DNA of 64,000 nt from Candidatus Poribacteria bacterium (GTDB lineage: Bacteria; Poribacteria; WGA-4E; PCPOR2b), in contig OZ244042.1 of the NCBI GenBank assembly GCA_965215015.1, positions 5,248,001 through 5,312,000 of the forward strand. Direction: 5' to 3'. The position numbers were made by a program, and so were the translations under genes. Shown one piece after another: positions 1-10,528 of this stretch; position 1 is the stretch's first letter, and each line of letters begins with the position of its first letter. The notes beneath the pieces were generated by a model. That model did no database searches. It was given only the letters and a program-made list of their open reading frames with translations, and was not told the origin of the DNA.

Positions 1-430
1 TACAGATTGTGGACAAACCCAGTCGAGCCAATTTCTTGTGGTTATAACTCAATTTTTATGCCAAACATTTACTGACAACAAGAAACACAGTCAGAACGAT
101 TTGGAGATCTCTCCAACCCGCGAATCTCATCGTCGGATCTGAATACGTATCGCTACTCACGACATACCCGCGTTCAGGATACAGCAATGGACTAACAACC
201 TATCCAGTGCATTTACGTGCTTTGAACAATGTAGTCTTAAAACCGTCCTGAAATGGGATGGATTTTGCTTGCAGATGGGTAAGAGATTGCCCAATGCTGT
301 GCAAACTGGCTATTTGATGATTGTTAGAGAGACTATATTGGTTCATTGGTTGATTGAACCGATGAATCCTATACATAAGCTAAGGGAAATTGAGATTAAC
401 CACCTTTGGCTGAAATTAGAAAGGAGTAAT

Positions 431-1384
431 ATGACACTTGACGATATTCAACAAATCGCTATCATTGGGGCGGGTTTGATGGGACATGGGATTGCCCAAG
501 AATTTGCCTTTGCCGGCTATCAGGTTCATCTGCACGATGTGAGCAAAGCACAGGTCGAAACCGGAATGGAGCGGATACGAGACAACCTTCGGGTGTTTGT
601 AGAAAACGACCTCGCTAGGCCGGATCAGATTGATGAAACGCTCAATCGGATTCACGGGTCGGACCAGCTTGAAACCGTTGGCGGAGAATCGGATTTCGTC
701 ATTGAAGCGGTGATCGAAAATCTGCCCCTCAAGCAGGAGGTGTTCCGCGAACTGGATCGGATCTGTCCGCCGCACACGATTTTTGCGAGCAACACGACGG
801 CACAGATGCCTTCGCAAATCGGTGTGTTTACCCGGCGTCAAGATAAAATCCTGAACACCCACTATTTTAATCCGCCTTATCTCATCCCCCTCGTTGAACT
901 GATTCGGAGTCCAAAAACGTCGGATGAGACGTTGCAGGTGGTGTATGATTTGATGGTGAAAATCGGGAAAACACCAGCAATTATCCAGAAGGAGGTCCCC
1001 GGCTTTGTAGGGCCTCGCTTGCAAGCTGCACTCATCCGGGAAGCTTTCTCAATTGTCGAGCGCGGCATCGCCACCCCGAAGGATGTCGATTTGGTGGTCC
1101 GCAATAGCTTCGGGCGTCGTTTGAGCGTGGCTGGACCGTTTCAGGTGTTTGAGTTGGCAGGATGGGATCTCGTCCTTGCAGCGTTTGAGGATCTCTACAA
1201 AGATCTCAACAGTTCATCGGAGATTAACCCGCTTCTCCGCGAAATGGTTGAGGGAGAAAAGCTCGGCGTCAAGTCGGGAGAGGGGTTCTACGAATGGACG
1301 CCTGAAAGAATTGAGGAGATTCGCGCTCGGATGAACCGGACGTTGATTGGTCGGCTGAAGGAAGACGTGAAATGTGAAACGTGA
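431..1384 (+). CDS. 3-hydroxyacyl-CoA dehydrogenase family protein
   Basis: Rossmann motif IIGAGLMGHGIA, EAVIENL, FASNT, HYFNPP and PGFVGPRLQ. Start moved to ATG 431 after AAGGAG at 421-426 (ORF track starts at 269). Confidence 0.9.
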   Translation: MTLDDIQQIAIIGAGLMGHGIAQEFAFAGYQVHLHDVSKAQVETGMERIRDNLRVFVENDLARPDQIDETLNRIHGSDQLETVGGESDFVIEAVIENLPLKQEVFRELDRICPPHTIFASNTTAQMPSQIGVFTRRQDKILNTHYFNPPYLIPLVELIRSPKTSDETLQVVYDLMVKIGKTPAIIQKEVPGFVGPRLQAALIREAFSIVERGIATPKDVDLVVRNSFGRRLSVAGPFQVFELAGWDLVLAAFEDLYKDLNSSSEINPLLREMVEGEKLGVKSGEGFYEWTPERIEEIRARMNRTLIGRLKEDVKCET

Positions 1385-1435
1385 AACATGTCAGATGTTC
1401 GAGGAAGCGTTGCTAAATGAGCAACGGCGCGTCGG

Positions 1436-1532
1436 TTCGGTTGAATGGCAACCCCTAAAAAGTCCTATGCAGAGAGGAGGCTTTGAGGTTTTATATCACT
1501 TGAGATTTCCAAAATACGGGTGAAACCTAACA
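1436..1532 (-). repeat. Diverged copy of a ~100-bp GTTGGGTTTCAC...AACCCAAC hairpin-ended dispersed repeat
   Basis: Reverse complement gttaggtttcacccgtattttggaaatctcaa...ttcaacc aligns by eye with 22844-22944 and 10929-11028. Confidence 0.5.
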
Positions 1533-1700
1533 CTTCATCTGCGTTCAAGCCAACCACAGGGTATAGTTAAAAATCGCACGACAGAAACCGAGTCTTCTCT
1601 TGCAAACTCAGTTTCTCTTTGCGCTTTGCACTTTCTTGTTACATGAACCTCATTTTTTGTATGATTATTGTCTGACAGCTCTACTTTTCAGAAAAAACCC

Positions 1701-1729
1701 TTGCCTAAATTTAGAAAATCGCTTATAAT
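1701..1729 (+). promoter_or_regulatory. Sigma70-type promoter for the 1821 gene
   Basis: TTGCCT-N17-TATAAT; AAGGAG RBS before GTG 1821. Confidence 0.65.
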
Positions 1730-1820
1730 AACATTATTCTCTGAATGATAATGGAGAATAGCTTTGCATAAGGTATAACATAACTAAAAAATTAACCTCT
1801 ATGATGAAAGGAGTTATTTA

Positions 1821-4064
1821 GTGAAATATCAGATTCCTAGGCCATGCGTGTTTTTTGCCATTTTAGCTGCATTTATGTTACTTGCAGTTCAAAGTGTGAC
1901 ATATGGTCAAACAGTTTCAATAGACCCATCTGAGGTAGCGGCTCCAGCGGCTGGAGAAGAGTTGATGGTTAGTGTCAACATCACGGGCGGAGCGGATGTA
2001 GCTGGCTATGAAATAACAGTTACGTTTGATCCAACAGCCCTCTCGTATGTCAGTAGCTCAAATGGAGATTATTTGCCTGCCGGTGCGTTTGTTGTGCCCC
2101 CGGTTGCCACCGATACAAGTGCTAAACTCGCTGCAACCGCCCTTGGTGCTACAGCAGATGGGGATGGCACGCTTGCCACAATAACCTTTACAGTCGTCGA
2201 AGCCAAGGACTCCATGATTGGGTTAGAGGCCATTGTTTCTGACCCGGCGGCGGTTACAATAGATGTGACAGTCCAAGGCGGCATGGTTACCGGACCTGCG
2301 CCGGAAATGCCTTCGGAGCCAGAAATGCCCGCAGAACCGGAAGCACCTGCAGAACCGGAAATGCCCACAGAACCAGAGATGCCCACAGAACCGGAAACGC
2401 CTGCAGAACCGGAAATGCCCACAGAACCAGAGATGCCTGCAGAACCGGAAATGCCCGAGGTTGTTGAATTTACAGTAACGCTGACAAACCTCACTGTAGG
2501 TGTTCCAGCCGAAAGCGGTCAGATTTTTTCACCGCCAATCCTTGTGACACATGGACATGGATTTTCCATCGGTGCATCGGGTGAGGCAGCGAGCGAGCAA
2601 CTCACCGCACTGGCGGAAACGGGTAATCACCAGCCGCTTGCTGAATTGGCTATAGGTTCAAACGCAGTAGGCAGTGTCGTTGCATTTCCTGATCCTCCTG
2701 AAGGGGTAGTGCTGCCTAGCGCGTCCGTTTCCGCGACGGTGACGGCTAGTTCTGATACAGGGTATCTCTCATTAGCGACGATGCTTGTGCAGACCAACGA
2801 TGGCATTGTTTTGGCTAACAGTTTACCGCTCTTCGACGAAGATGGTAACGCTCGTTCGTTTACAATGGATCTTATAGCCTATGACGCGGGTACGGAGGAG
2901 AATAACGAGCTAGCAACGCATGTTCCGGGCCCACCTTTTGAAGGCGGTGAACGTGCACCAACTGAAGACGTTATTGCAGCGCACCCCGGTATCGCTGGCA
3001 CTGCCGATGTGGGAGCTGCGTTTGGTTGGACAGAGCCTACCGCGAGCGTGGCAGTTGAAGCGATGGTAGAGATGCCTGAGATACCTACGGAGCCGGAAAT
3101 GCCCGTGGAGCCAGAGCCTCCTGTAGAACCCGAACCAACCGTGAAGCCTACGGATACGTTCGAGATGTCATTGGCAGTGGGGCTGAACATGATCTCCTTA
3201 CCTCTGATGCCGGCGGAGCCATACACGGCGAGTAGCTTTGCTGACATGGTTGGTGCAACCGTTGTGATTCAGCTCGATACAGCGATGCAAGAATTTGTTG
3301 GGTTCACCGCAGATCAGGAGGGCGATGGATTCCCAATTGAAGGCGGTAAGGGCTACATTGTTAACGTTCCCGGCGGCGGCACCGTCACGTTTGGGGGAAC
3401 GGCGTGGAGTAACACCTCGGAGGAAACACCGGCCGCCCCAGGTGTCCAACTTCCGAGTACAGCGTGGGCGTTCGTTGTCAGCGGCGATCTACTAGAAACT
3501 GAGGCGGGTGTGTCCTACACCGTCGTTGCGAAAAATCACCGCACCGGTGAAGTCGCGACAAGGCAAGTTTCCAGCGGCCACACGGAATTTAACGCCGTAT
3601 GGGCAGACCTTACGCGACAGAGTGTCGTCGAAGCCGGGGATACGCTAGAGGTTATCCTGCTGAATGAGTGGGACAATATCGTATCGGGTCCCTTCACCCA
3701 TAAGGTTGGGATTGAAGACCTTCGGAAGGCTTACTTGAGCTTACCCCTGACCGTCGGCGATGTCCATCCGGCAGATACCATCTTAGGCCAGAACTTCCCC
3801 AATCCGTTCAACCCTGAAACATGGATTCCATACCAACTTGAAAAATCGGCAGATGTCGTTCTCCAGATTTTCGACACGTCCGGTAGCATCGTACGGACAC
3901 TGGATCTCGGTTTCAAGTCGCAAGGGTTCTACATGACGCGGTCCACAGCGGCGTACTGGGATGGTCGTAACAACATGGGTGAGCAGGTTGCTTCTGGGGT
4001 TTACTTCTACAGTTTGGAAACCCCTGATTTTTCGGCAACCCGGAAAATGCTGATTTTGAAGTAG
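1821..4064 (+). CDS. Secreted protein: cohesin domain, (E)PEMP linker repeats, Spondin_N domain, C-terminal FlgD-Ig/T9SS-like domain
   Basis: Signal peptide; cohesin-like VAGYEITVTFDPTALSY...GDGTLATITF; Spondin_N motifs FSPPILVTH, LAETGN, MLVQTNDG, YDAGTE; tail QNFPNPFNPETWIPYQL...YWDGRN...VASGVYFY...RKMLILK. Confidence 0.85.
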   Translation: MKYQIPRPCVFFAILAAFMLLAVQSVTYGQTVSIDPSEVAAPAAGEELMVSVNITGGADVAGYEITVTFDPTALSYVSSSNGDYLPAGAFVVPPVATDTSAKLAATALGATADGDGTLATITFTVVEAKDSMIGLEAIVSDPAAVTIDVTVQGGMVTGPAPEMPSEPEMPAEPEAPAEPEMPTEPEMPTEPETPAEPEMPTEPEMPAEPEMPEVVEFTVTLTNLTVGVPAESGQIFSPPILVTHGHGFSIGASGEAASEQLTALAETGNHQPLAELAIGSNAVGSVVAFPDPPEGVVLPSASVSATVTASSDTGYLSLATMLVQTNDGIVLANSLPLFDEDGNARSFTMDLIAYDAGTEENNELATHVPGPPFEGGERAPTEDVIAAHPGIAGTADVGAAFGWTEPTASVAVEAMVEMPEIPTEPEMPVEPEPPVEPEPTVKPTDTFEMSLAVGLNMISLPLMPAEPYTASSFADMVGATVVIQLDTAMQEFVGFTADQEGDGFPIEGGKGYIVNVPGGGTVTFGGTAWSNTSEETPAAPGVQLPSTAWAFVVSGDLLETEAGVSYTVVAKNHRTGEVATRQVSSGHTEFNAVWADLTRQSVVEAGDTLEVILLNEWDNIVSGPFTHKVGIEDLRKAYLSLPLTVGDVHPADTILGQNFPNPFNPETWIPYQLEKSADVVLQIFDTSGSIVRTLDLGFKSQGFYMTRSTAAYWDGRNNMGEQVASGVYFYSLETPDFSATRKMLILK
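2300..2458 (+). repeat. 18-bp coding tandem repeat encoding PEMP(A/T)E linker
   Basis: About nine imperfect gaaccggaaatgcccaca units; a shorter run recurs at about 3068-3140. Confidence 0.85.
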
Positions 4065-4211
4065 GGCTGTGAAACGTGAAATGTGAAAATAATTTATTCA
4101 TCGGTTCGTTTAGTTGGCTCATTTTAGTTGACTCATTAATGAACGGGTGAACTAATGAACCCATGTAATCTTTACCAACTCGCACCAAAAGTTATTAAAT
4201 TTCTAAAAACG

Positions 4212-4270
4212 ATGGGAGCATCGGGCTATCGGACAAGAGATATTGTTTATTGCCCCATGCTCCCATTTTT
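4212..4270 (+). terminator. Long hairpin with U-tract between the two secreted-protein genes
   Basis: ATGGGAGCAT (4212-4221) pairs with ATGCTCCCAT (4257-4266), followed by TTTT. Confidence 0.55.
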
Positions 4271-4311
4271 GCGTAGAAGTTAGTTTTCACATTGCAAGGA
4301 GAATGTTTGTT

Positions 4312-7300
4312 ATGAATAAGCAGATGACCTCCATATCCATGGTAATTGCCCTCTATACAATCCTAATATGTATTCCATTTTCGGTATATGCCGAAAGGGG
4401 GATGAGACAACAGATTCAACTGAAAGCAGGAGCGGCGTTACAGCGGATCAAATCCAATTCAGAGACTCCTGTCGGTGCAAGATGGCATCGGGATCGAGGG
4501 ACAATCCGCAGCCTCTACAATTTGACACTGTCCCCCCCAATCGGGACGCTAGAAACCTCAGTGCGTCAATGCCTTAACAACTATTGCGACCTTTTTGCGA
4601 TGACCGATCCGAACATCGAGCTGCGTCTGATGGCTATCCAAACCAGCTTAACGGGTAGGCATGTGCGATTCCATCAATACTATAAAGGTATTGAGGTTTA
4701 CGGTGCGGCGATTTCCGTCCACACCAACCACTCTGGACAGATACGGGTCATCCACAACAACTACTTTCCACAGATCGATATCAGTACCGCGGCATCACTC
4801 TCCCCGGAAGGTGCGATTGACATTACTATCGCCGAGTCCGGTGTATCTGATTTGCACAAGGCCCCACATGCTAATTTGGTAATTTTTCCCAATCCTAATG
4901 TAGGACAGATAGGCACCTATGCCAATGCATATCGCCTCGCTTACCGCACCATCGTGCACTCCCGTCAGCCGGTCGCAAGTTGGGAGTATATCATTGATGC
5001 CAATACCGGCGAGTCGTTGCACCGACGGAACCGACTCAGGTTTGCTGACGGACGGGGACGCGTTTTTAACCCGAATCCCGTTGTCGCTCTAAAAGATTTT
5101 AGCCTCATGGATCAGGACGATTCTGCCGACGCTATACCAGAAGAAGCGTACACGGAGGTGATTCTACCTGAGTTGGACGGGACTGGTTTTCTTGATGGGC
5201 CCTACGTGAGTACGAGATTGACCGAAAATCGTGCTAACGAGCCGACGCTGGAGTTCAACTACCTCCGAGATGACCCCCGATTTGAGGAGGTGATGGTCTA
5301 TTATCACGTTGATGCCGTTGGACGTTATCTAAAAGGACTCGGCTTCGATTTCGTAGACAATTGGCAGATTCCTGCAAATGCACATTTTGGTAGGACCAAG
5401 AATGCTTTCTACGACGATAGTGACGGCTCGATTAATTTCGGGGATGCTGGTGTTGATACTGCCGAAGATGCTGAAGTGATCATCCACGAATATGGCCACG
5501 CGATTCTTGATCGACAGGTTCCTAACATTAACAAAGGTGAAGGCAAGGCGATACATGAAGGGTTTAGTGATTTTCTCGCAGCCAGTTTTTTCAGTGCTGT
5601 AAGTGACGGTTTTGGGGACTCGATCGTTTTTGAATGGGTTGGCTCAGATGCCTCTGAATTGATCACTCGTTCCGTAAATGGTAACAAGCACTATCCCGAA
5701 GACATTGTGGGTGCCCCACACCCTGATGGGGAGATTTGGTCTGCAGCACTATGGGAGATTTTTGAAACAATAGGACGTGATGCGTCGATCCGCTTGGTTG
5801 TCGAAAGCCATTTCTTTCTTTCGCCCGATGCGGAATTTGTTGATGGGGCATCCGCGATTTTTTTGGCAGATCAAGAACTGAATGGCGGCATAAACTTTGA
5901 CCTCATCTTGGGAATTATGGAGAACCGTGGATTCTTTACGCCGCCCAGATTGGCATCGGATGCCTTTGAGGAGAACGATACAGCAGAGACCGCAGCTGTG
6001 ATCCAATTGCCCTTTGTCAACGAGAGGTTGTCGGTTCATACACCAGATAATGATGATTACTATCAATTCCGTTTAGATGAGACGATGCAAGTCGGGTTGG
6101 GAATTGATTTTCAACCTATCTACGGCGAGTTGATGCTTACATTGACTGGACCTAATGGTATCGAGCTCGTTACCTTCGAGACGAAAGAGGTCACATCGCT
6201 TGAATTAGTGGAGGGCGATTATCTCGTTGCAGTTTCTAGCGTCAACGGTGCGACCAACGATTATAAGCTGGCACTCATCATTGACAGCCACGGCGATACG
6301 CCTGACACGGCAACCCCTGTAGCGATCGGCGACACAATAGAGAGTTTCATTGACTTCAGTGGAGATACGGATTTCTTCGCATTTGAAGGTGAGAAAGGGC
6401 AGCCTATTGGCATCACTGTTATAACTAAGAGATCCGACCTCGACTCTCTACTCGTTGTCTATACGCCGGATGGTGAGCTTTTCGCTAAAAATGATGATAT
6501 CTTTCCAACCACCGTTCTGGCTCCGATTCCTGAATCGCTGAATCCACGTGGTATTGATTCCCGTGTGAATGCAGAGTTACCAGTCGAGGGAACCTACCTA
6601 ATCGCTGTCAGCAACGTTGCGCTTCCTAACCTTAACGCTCCCTTCGGTGGTCTGAACTACGCTTACACGTTGTTGATTGGTGGGAAGACCGATGACCATG
6701 CAGCGTGCGGTAGTGGCGAGGAAACGCCGTTGACCTTCGATGAACCCGTAACCGGGGTCATTACTGTCAGCGACTCTGAATCTCGCGAGGCTCATGACTT
6801 GGACGGTTTCCAATTTGAAGCATCAGAGGGTACTGTCATTGCCCTACGCGTTGAGATAGAAAAGCCTAAACCAGAGGTAGTATTCATAGGTACCCGACTT
6901 AGGCTTGTGGACGCGTTTGGAGAAACGTTGGCATCTATTGAGAGCAATCCCCAGAGCTTGGAGCTGGGGATTGATGGATTTCTCATCCCCGCCGATAGCA
7001 TGTATTGTGTCGAGGTTGCCGGTTTCGTGGGAGGCGCGCCCGATTCCACTTATACCTATACACTGACGTTATCTGAAGGCGAACTCCCTGAAGATGACCA
7101 CGACGACCTAAAGGGTACACCGACTCCCTTAACGGTAGATATTCCTGTCGAGGGAGCCCTCAGTTTTGCGGGGGATGCCGATGCGTTTCAGTTTACTGCT
7201 ACAGGGGGACAAATCATTACGTTAGTGGTGGGCGGGCAACCCGCGACTCCATTCCTTCATTTAGTTTTGACCCTGTATAATAGCGATTTGCAGCGTTTAG

Positions 7301-8319
7301 CAGAGGTTCCACTCTTTGTAGAAGAGTTTGATTCGATGCTAGAAGGTTTTGAAATTCCTGTGGATGGAACTTACTATGCCGAGATTAAACATTCCGAGGG
7401 AAGGGGGACGGATTTTACCTACACACTAACCCTAACCATCGAAGAAGGAGACGGTGAGGGTAAATTTCCCCCTTATGATGTCAACCAAGATGGCAAGGTG
7501 GACATTTTTGATCTCGTGCTTGTCGGTCAACATTTCGGCGAAAAATTCATTAACGTTACGCCAACCGCAGATTTTGGGCAACTTCGGTCGGTATCACCCG
7601 AAGGGGAGTTGCGCCTCCTGATGACCCCGAGTGCAACGGATACACGCCAATTGAGTGTCTCAATCCACACTACAGCGATTGCGGATCTTTACGGTTACCA
7701 TTTTTCAATCCAGTACGATCCGGCGGTATTCGAGCTCCTTGCTGCATCACCAGGTCCGGTTTTAACCGCTGCGCTTCCCCAAAGTTACTGGCATATCTCC
7801 CAGCAAGGTGCCCAGCTGCAGCTAATACAAACACGCCAAGGAACGCTAAAAGGTGTAACAGCAGAGGGGGCACTGGCTACGCTTGTTTTTAATGTCGAAA
7901 AAACGGCGTTCCCTTCGTCGGAGCCTCCCATCCAGCTGATTGACCTGCAACTAGCGGATTCGCGGACAAGAGCAATTCCGGTAAACGTGGTTGGTGAGCG
8001 TGTGTTAATGGCAGAGCTATTTCCTGAGAAACCGATGTTGTTGCAAAACTATCCAAACCCGTTTAATCCAGAAACATGGATTCCGTATCAATTGGCTACC
8101 GATTCAGAAGTGATTATCTCAATTTACGATATACGGGGTGAGTGTATCCGTCAATTAGATCTCGGTTATCAGTACGTTGGGACGTACATCACTCGCGGTA
8201 GGGCGGCTTACTGGAACGGAGAAGATATGTATGATGAGCCGGTTGCGAGCGGCTTATATTTCTATCAGATCCAGGCAGGGACGTTTTCTATGAGTCGCAA
8301 AATGGTTATTCTGAAATAA
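4312..8319 (+). CDS. Secreted zinc metalloprotease (M36/M4-like) with FTP/PepSY propeptide, multiple PPC domains, dockerin, cohesin and C-terminal FlgD-Ig/T9SS-like domain
   Basis: HVRFHQYYKGIEVYGA (FTP); HEYGH plus AIHEGFSD; HPDGEIWS; repeated DDH...D(T/A)D.F.F PPC-type units; YDVNQDGKVDIFDLVLVGQHFGE dockerin; QNYPNPFNPETWIPYQL tail. Start chosen after AGGAG 4297-4301 (ORF track 4243). Confidence 0.85.
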   Translation: MNKQMTSISMVIALYTILICIPFSVYAERGMRQQIQLKAGAALQRIKSNSETPVGARWHRDRGTIRSLYNLTLSPPIGTLETSVRQCLNNYCDLFAMTDPNIELRLMAIQTSLTGRHVRFHQYYKGIEVYGAAISVHTNHSGQIRVIHNNYFPQIDISTAASLSPEGAIDITIAESGVSDLHKAPHANLVIFPNPNVGQIGTYANAYRLAYRTIVHSRQPVASWEYIIDANTGESLHRRNRLRFADGRGRVFNPNPVVALKDFSLMDQDDSADAIPEEAYTEVILPELDGTGFLDGPYVSTRLTENRANEPTLEFNYLRDDPRFEEVMVYYHVDAVGRYLKGLGFDFVDNWQIPANAHFGRTKNAFYDDSDGSINFGDAGVDTAEDAEVIIHEYGHAILDRQVPNINKGEGKAIHEGFSDFLAASFFSAVSDGFGDSIVFEWVGSDASELITRSVNGNKHYPEDIVGAPHPDGEIWSAALWEIFETIGRDASIRLVVESHFFLSPDAEFVDGASAIFLADQELNGGINFDLILGIMENRGFFTPPRLASDAFEENDTAETAAVIQLPFVNERLSVHTPDNDDYYQFRLDETMQVGLGIDFQPIYGELMLTLTGPNGIELVTFETKEVTSLELVEGDYLVAVSSVNGATNDYKLALIIDSHGDTPDTATPVAIGDTIESFIDFSGDTDFFAFEGEKGQPIGITVITKRSDLDSLLVVYTPDGELFAKNDDIFPTTVLAPIPESLNPRGIDSRVNAELPVEGTYLIAVSNVALPNLNAPFGGLNYAYTLLIGGKTDDHAACGSGEETPLTFDEPVTGVITVSDSESREAHDLDGFQFEASEGTVIALRVEIEKPKPEVVFIGTRLRLVDAFGETLASIESNPQSLELGIDGFLIPADSMYCVEVAGFVGGAPDSTYTYTLTLSEGELPEDDHDDLKGTPTPLTVDIPVEGALSFAGDADAFQFTATGGQIITLVVGGQPATPFLHLVLTLYNSDLQRLAEVPLFVEEFDSMLEGFEIPVDGTYYAEIKHSEGRGTDFTYTLTLTIEEGDGEGKFPPYDVNQDGKVDIFDLVLVGQHFGEKFINVTPTADFGQLRSVSPEGELRLLMTPSATDTRQLSVSIHTTAIADLYGYHFSIQYDPAVFELLAASPGPVLTAALPQSYWHISQQGAQLQLIQTRQGTLKGVTAEGALATLVFNVEKTAFPSSEPPIQLIDLQLADSRTRAIPVNVVGERVLMAELFPEKPMLLQNYPNPFNPETWIPYQLATDSEVIISIYDIRGECIRQLDLGYQYVGTYITRGRAAYWNGEDMYDEPVASGLYFYQIQAGTFSMSRKMVILK

Positions 8320-8320
8320 G

Positions 8321-10249
8321 ATGCTTAGACAAGAACCCTCTACCAGAATAACTAAACGTGCAGTGCTGATTGGTGTGGTGTTGATTATTGCCAACAGCTA
8401 TTGGATTGCCTATGTCGAGATGTTGTGGCATACCGCCCACCTGACGATTGTTACGTTGTCGGTCAACGTTATGTTTGCCCTGTTGGTGATTACAGGTTTG
8501 AACATCGTTGTCCGTCAGATTGCCCCGAGTGCTGCACTCAGTCGGCAAGATCTGCTGGTCATCTATGGGATGCTTGCTGTGGGGAGTGCTTTTTCTGGGC
8601 ATGACTGCATGCCTCGCTTGATGGGACTCATCCCCTATGCCTTTCGTTTTGCGACTCCTGAAAACGATTGGGAGGCCCTGCTATTTCGCCATTTGCCCCC
8701 GTGGCTGGTTGTCTCCGATCTGCGGGCGGTTACTGACTTCTTTGAGGGAGAAGTTGATTTTTTTAGAGATGGTTATTTTCGATATTGGATCACGCCTATC
8801 CTATCGTGGTCGGTCGTCATCTTTTCGTTGATGCTGATTTTTCTCTGTTTGACCTCCCTTATCAGGCGGCAGTGGGTGGTGCACGAAAAATTGGCGTATC
8901 CCGTGATTCAGATTCCGCTCGAAATCACGGCGGACAACGGAGCAATCTTCGGGAACCGTCTACTCTGGCTGGGGTTTGGTATTGCTGCGGGAATCAATAT
9001 ACTCAACGGGCTGCAGTATTTCTTTCCGGCATTGCCCTCAATTCCTGTCAAGCAATATGACCTCAACATCTACTTTACGCAGAAGCCGTGGAGTGCGTTG
9101 GGGAGTATGCCGTTGCGGCTGCATCCCTATATGATTGGGCTCGGTTTTATTCTGCCCTTGGACCTCTCCTTTTCCTGTGCATTTTTCTATATATTTGGAA
9201 AGATGCAATTGTTGTATGGGAGCATGATGGGTATCATGCACCTGCCGGGGTATCCGTTCTTTGGTGAGCAAGGTACCGGCGCGCTTTTTGCGCTGCTATT
9301 TATCACATGCTGGAGTGGAAGAAGGCATTTCTCGCAGGTAGCCTCTCGTGTTTTTCGTCCAGATCGGGAGGATGAAGCAGAGGAAGCCCTCTCTTATCGC
9401 GCGACAGTCATTATATTGTTTCTTTGCCTTTTGGTGTTGATGGGCTTCTGTGTAAAAAGCGGTATGTCGATCTGGGGTTGTCTGATTTTCATCTCTATCT
9501 ACTTGATAATTATTGTTGGATTGACGCGGATGCGGGCGGAGTTGGGCCCTCCCATTCAGGCGGTCGGCTATGTTACCCCTCAATACATGACAATCTCGAT
9601 ATTCGGCACACGCCGTCTTCGGGCGGGGAATCTGACGATGCTTTCTCTGCTAAATTGGTTGAGTGGAGCGAGCTACGCATCGTTTCGGACGCACCCGATG
9701 CCCGATCAGATGGAAGCGTTCAAACTGGCAGAACGCACCGGGATAAGAAACCGCACGATGCTCATTGTGTTGGTGATTGCCAGTTTTGTGGGGATTGAAT
9801 CGAGCCTCATCCTGTATCCCTACACTATCTACAAGGAAGGCGTTGCAGCGGGTTCGGAGCAGATCCACTCTGGCGGCGCAGAGGCGTACAATTTCCTATC
9901 CTCTTGGCTGATTAATCCGAAGCCCACGGATTGGTTGGCAACGGTAGTTCTCGGTTTAGGTTTTATGATGAATATGGGCATTATGTTTCTACGCGCCCGA
10001 TTTGTTTGGTGTCCGCTTCACCCTGCCGGCTATATTGTCGGTGTTGCCCCCGGTACAATGAACCTTGTCTGGTTTCCCCTGCTGATCGGGATGGCTGCAA
10101 AATGGGTGCTACTCAAGCATGGCGGTATTAAGGCTTATCGGCGTGGGCTGCCTTTCTTTGTTGGGTTGGTACTCGGTGAGGCGTTGATAGGGTGTTTTTG
10201 GCCCATCATGAGTCTTGTGCTACGTTCTGCGGTGTATAGCTGGATTTGA
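8321..10249 (+). CDS. Polytopic membrane protein, DUF6785/DUF6784-like (OPT peptide-transporter-like)
   Basis: About 16 hydrophobic segments; motifs RRQWVVHEKLAYP, TRMRAELG, WCPLHPAGY, PFFVGLVLGE; starts 1 nt after the protease stop. Confidence 0.7.
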   Translation: MLRQEPSTRITKRAVLIGVVLIIANSYWIAYVEMLWHTAHLTIVTLSVNVMFALLVITGLNIVVRQIAPSAALSRQDLLVIYGMLAVGSAFSGHDCMPRLMGLIPYAFRFATPENDWEALLFRHLPPWLVVSDLRAVTDFFEGEVDFFRDGYFRYWITPILSWSVVIFSLMLIFLCLTSLIRRQWVVHEKLAYPVIQIPLEITADNGAIFGNRLLWLGFGIAAGINILNGLQYFFPALPSIPVKQYDLNIYFTQKPWSALGSMPLRLHPYMIGLGFILPLDLSFSCAFFYIFGKMQLLYGSMMGIMHLPGYPFFGEQGTGALFALLFITCWSGRRHFSQVASRVFRPDREDEAEEALSYRATVIILFLCLLVLMGFCVKSGMSIWGCLIFISIYLIIIVGLTRMRAELGPPIQAVGYVTPQYMTISIFGTRRLRAGNLTMLSLLNWLSGASYASFRTHPMPDQMEAFKLAERTGIRNRTMLIVLVIASFVGIESSLILYPYTIYKEGVAAGSEQIHSGGAEAYNFLSSWLINPKPTDWLATVVLGLGFMMNMGIMFLRARFVWCPLHPAGYIVGVAPGTMNLVWFPLLIGMAAKWVLLKHGGIKAYRRGLPFFVGLVLGEALIGCFWPIMSLVLRSAVYSWI

Positions 10250-10349
10250 CCGGGTTTCAACCGTTTCCTTCTCCCCTTTCTTCACTAATCTCCCTCCCCA
10301 GTGCCCGTTTCATGATAAGCTTGGTTTGTTAGTTCATTTGTTGATTGGT

Positions 10350-10528
10350 TCATTGTATTGATGGACAGTTGTCTGAATCAGGATACTCAGGATTCAAGGA
10401 TTGACAGGATAGAAACCGTGAAACGGGATGCGTAAAATTTCGCAGGTTAGGAAACCTGTCCCCACGAGTGGGGGGACACCAAGATGCTAATTCCTCAACT
10501 GCGTCAGTCCTAATTGAGGGGAACTAAT
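10350..10528 (+). repeat. Solo copy of the ~204-bp unit that is tandemly arrayed at 20758-21618
   Basis: Near-identical gacagttgtctgaatcaggatactcaggattcaagg...ttcgcaggttaggaaacctgtccccacgagtgggg...ctcaactgcgt.agtcctaattgaggg. Confidence 0.9.

Noticed and set aside
1-265. Possible gene end or RNA element at the window start
   Set aside because: No recognisable motif in the plus-strand frames read by eye, no ORF in the track, and upstream context is missing.
1724-1753. Fur-like box overlapping the promoter of the spondin gene
   Set aside because: ATAAT-AAC-ATTAT and AATGATAATG match only partly, in AT-rich DNA; too weak to call.
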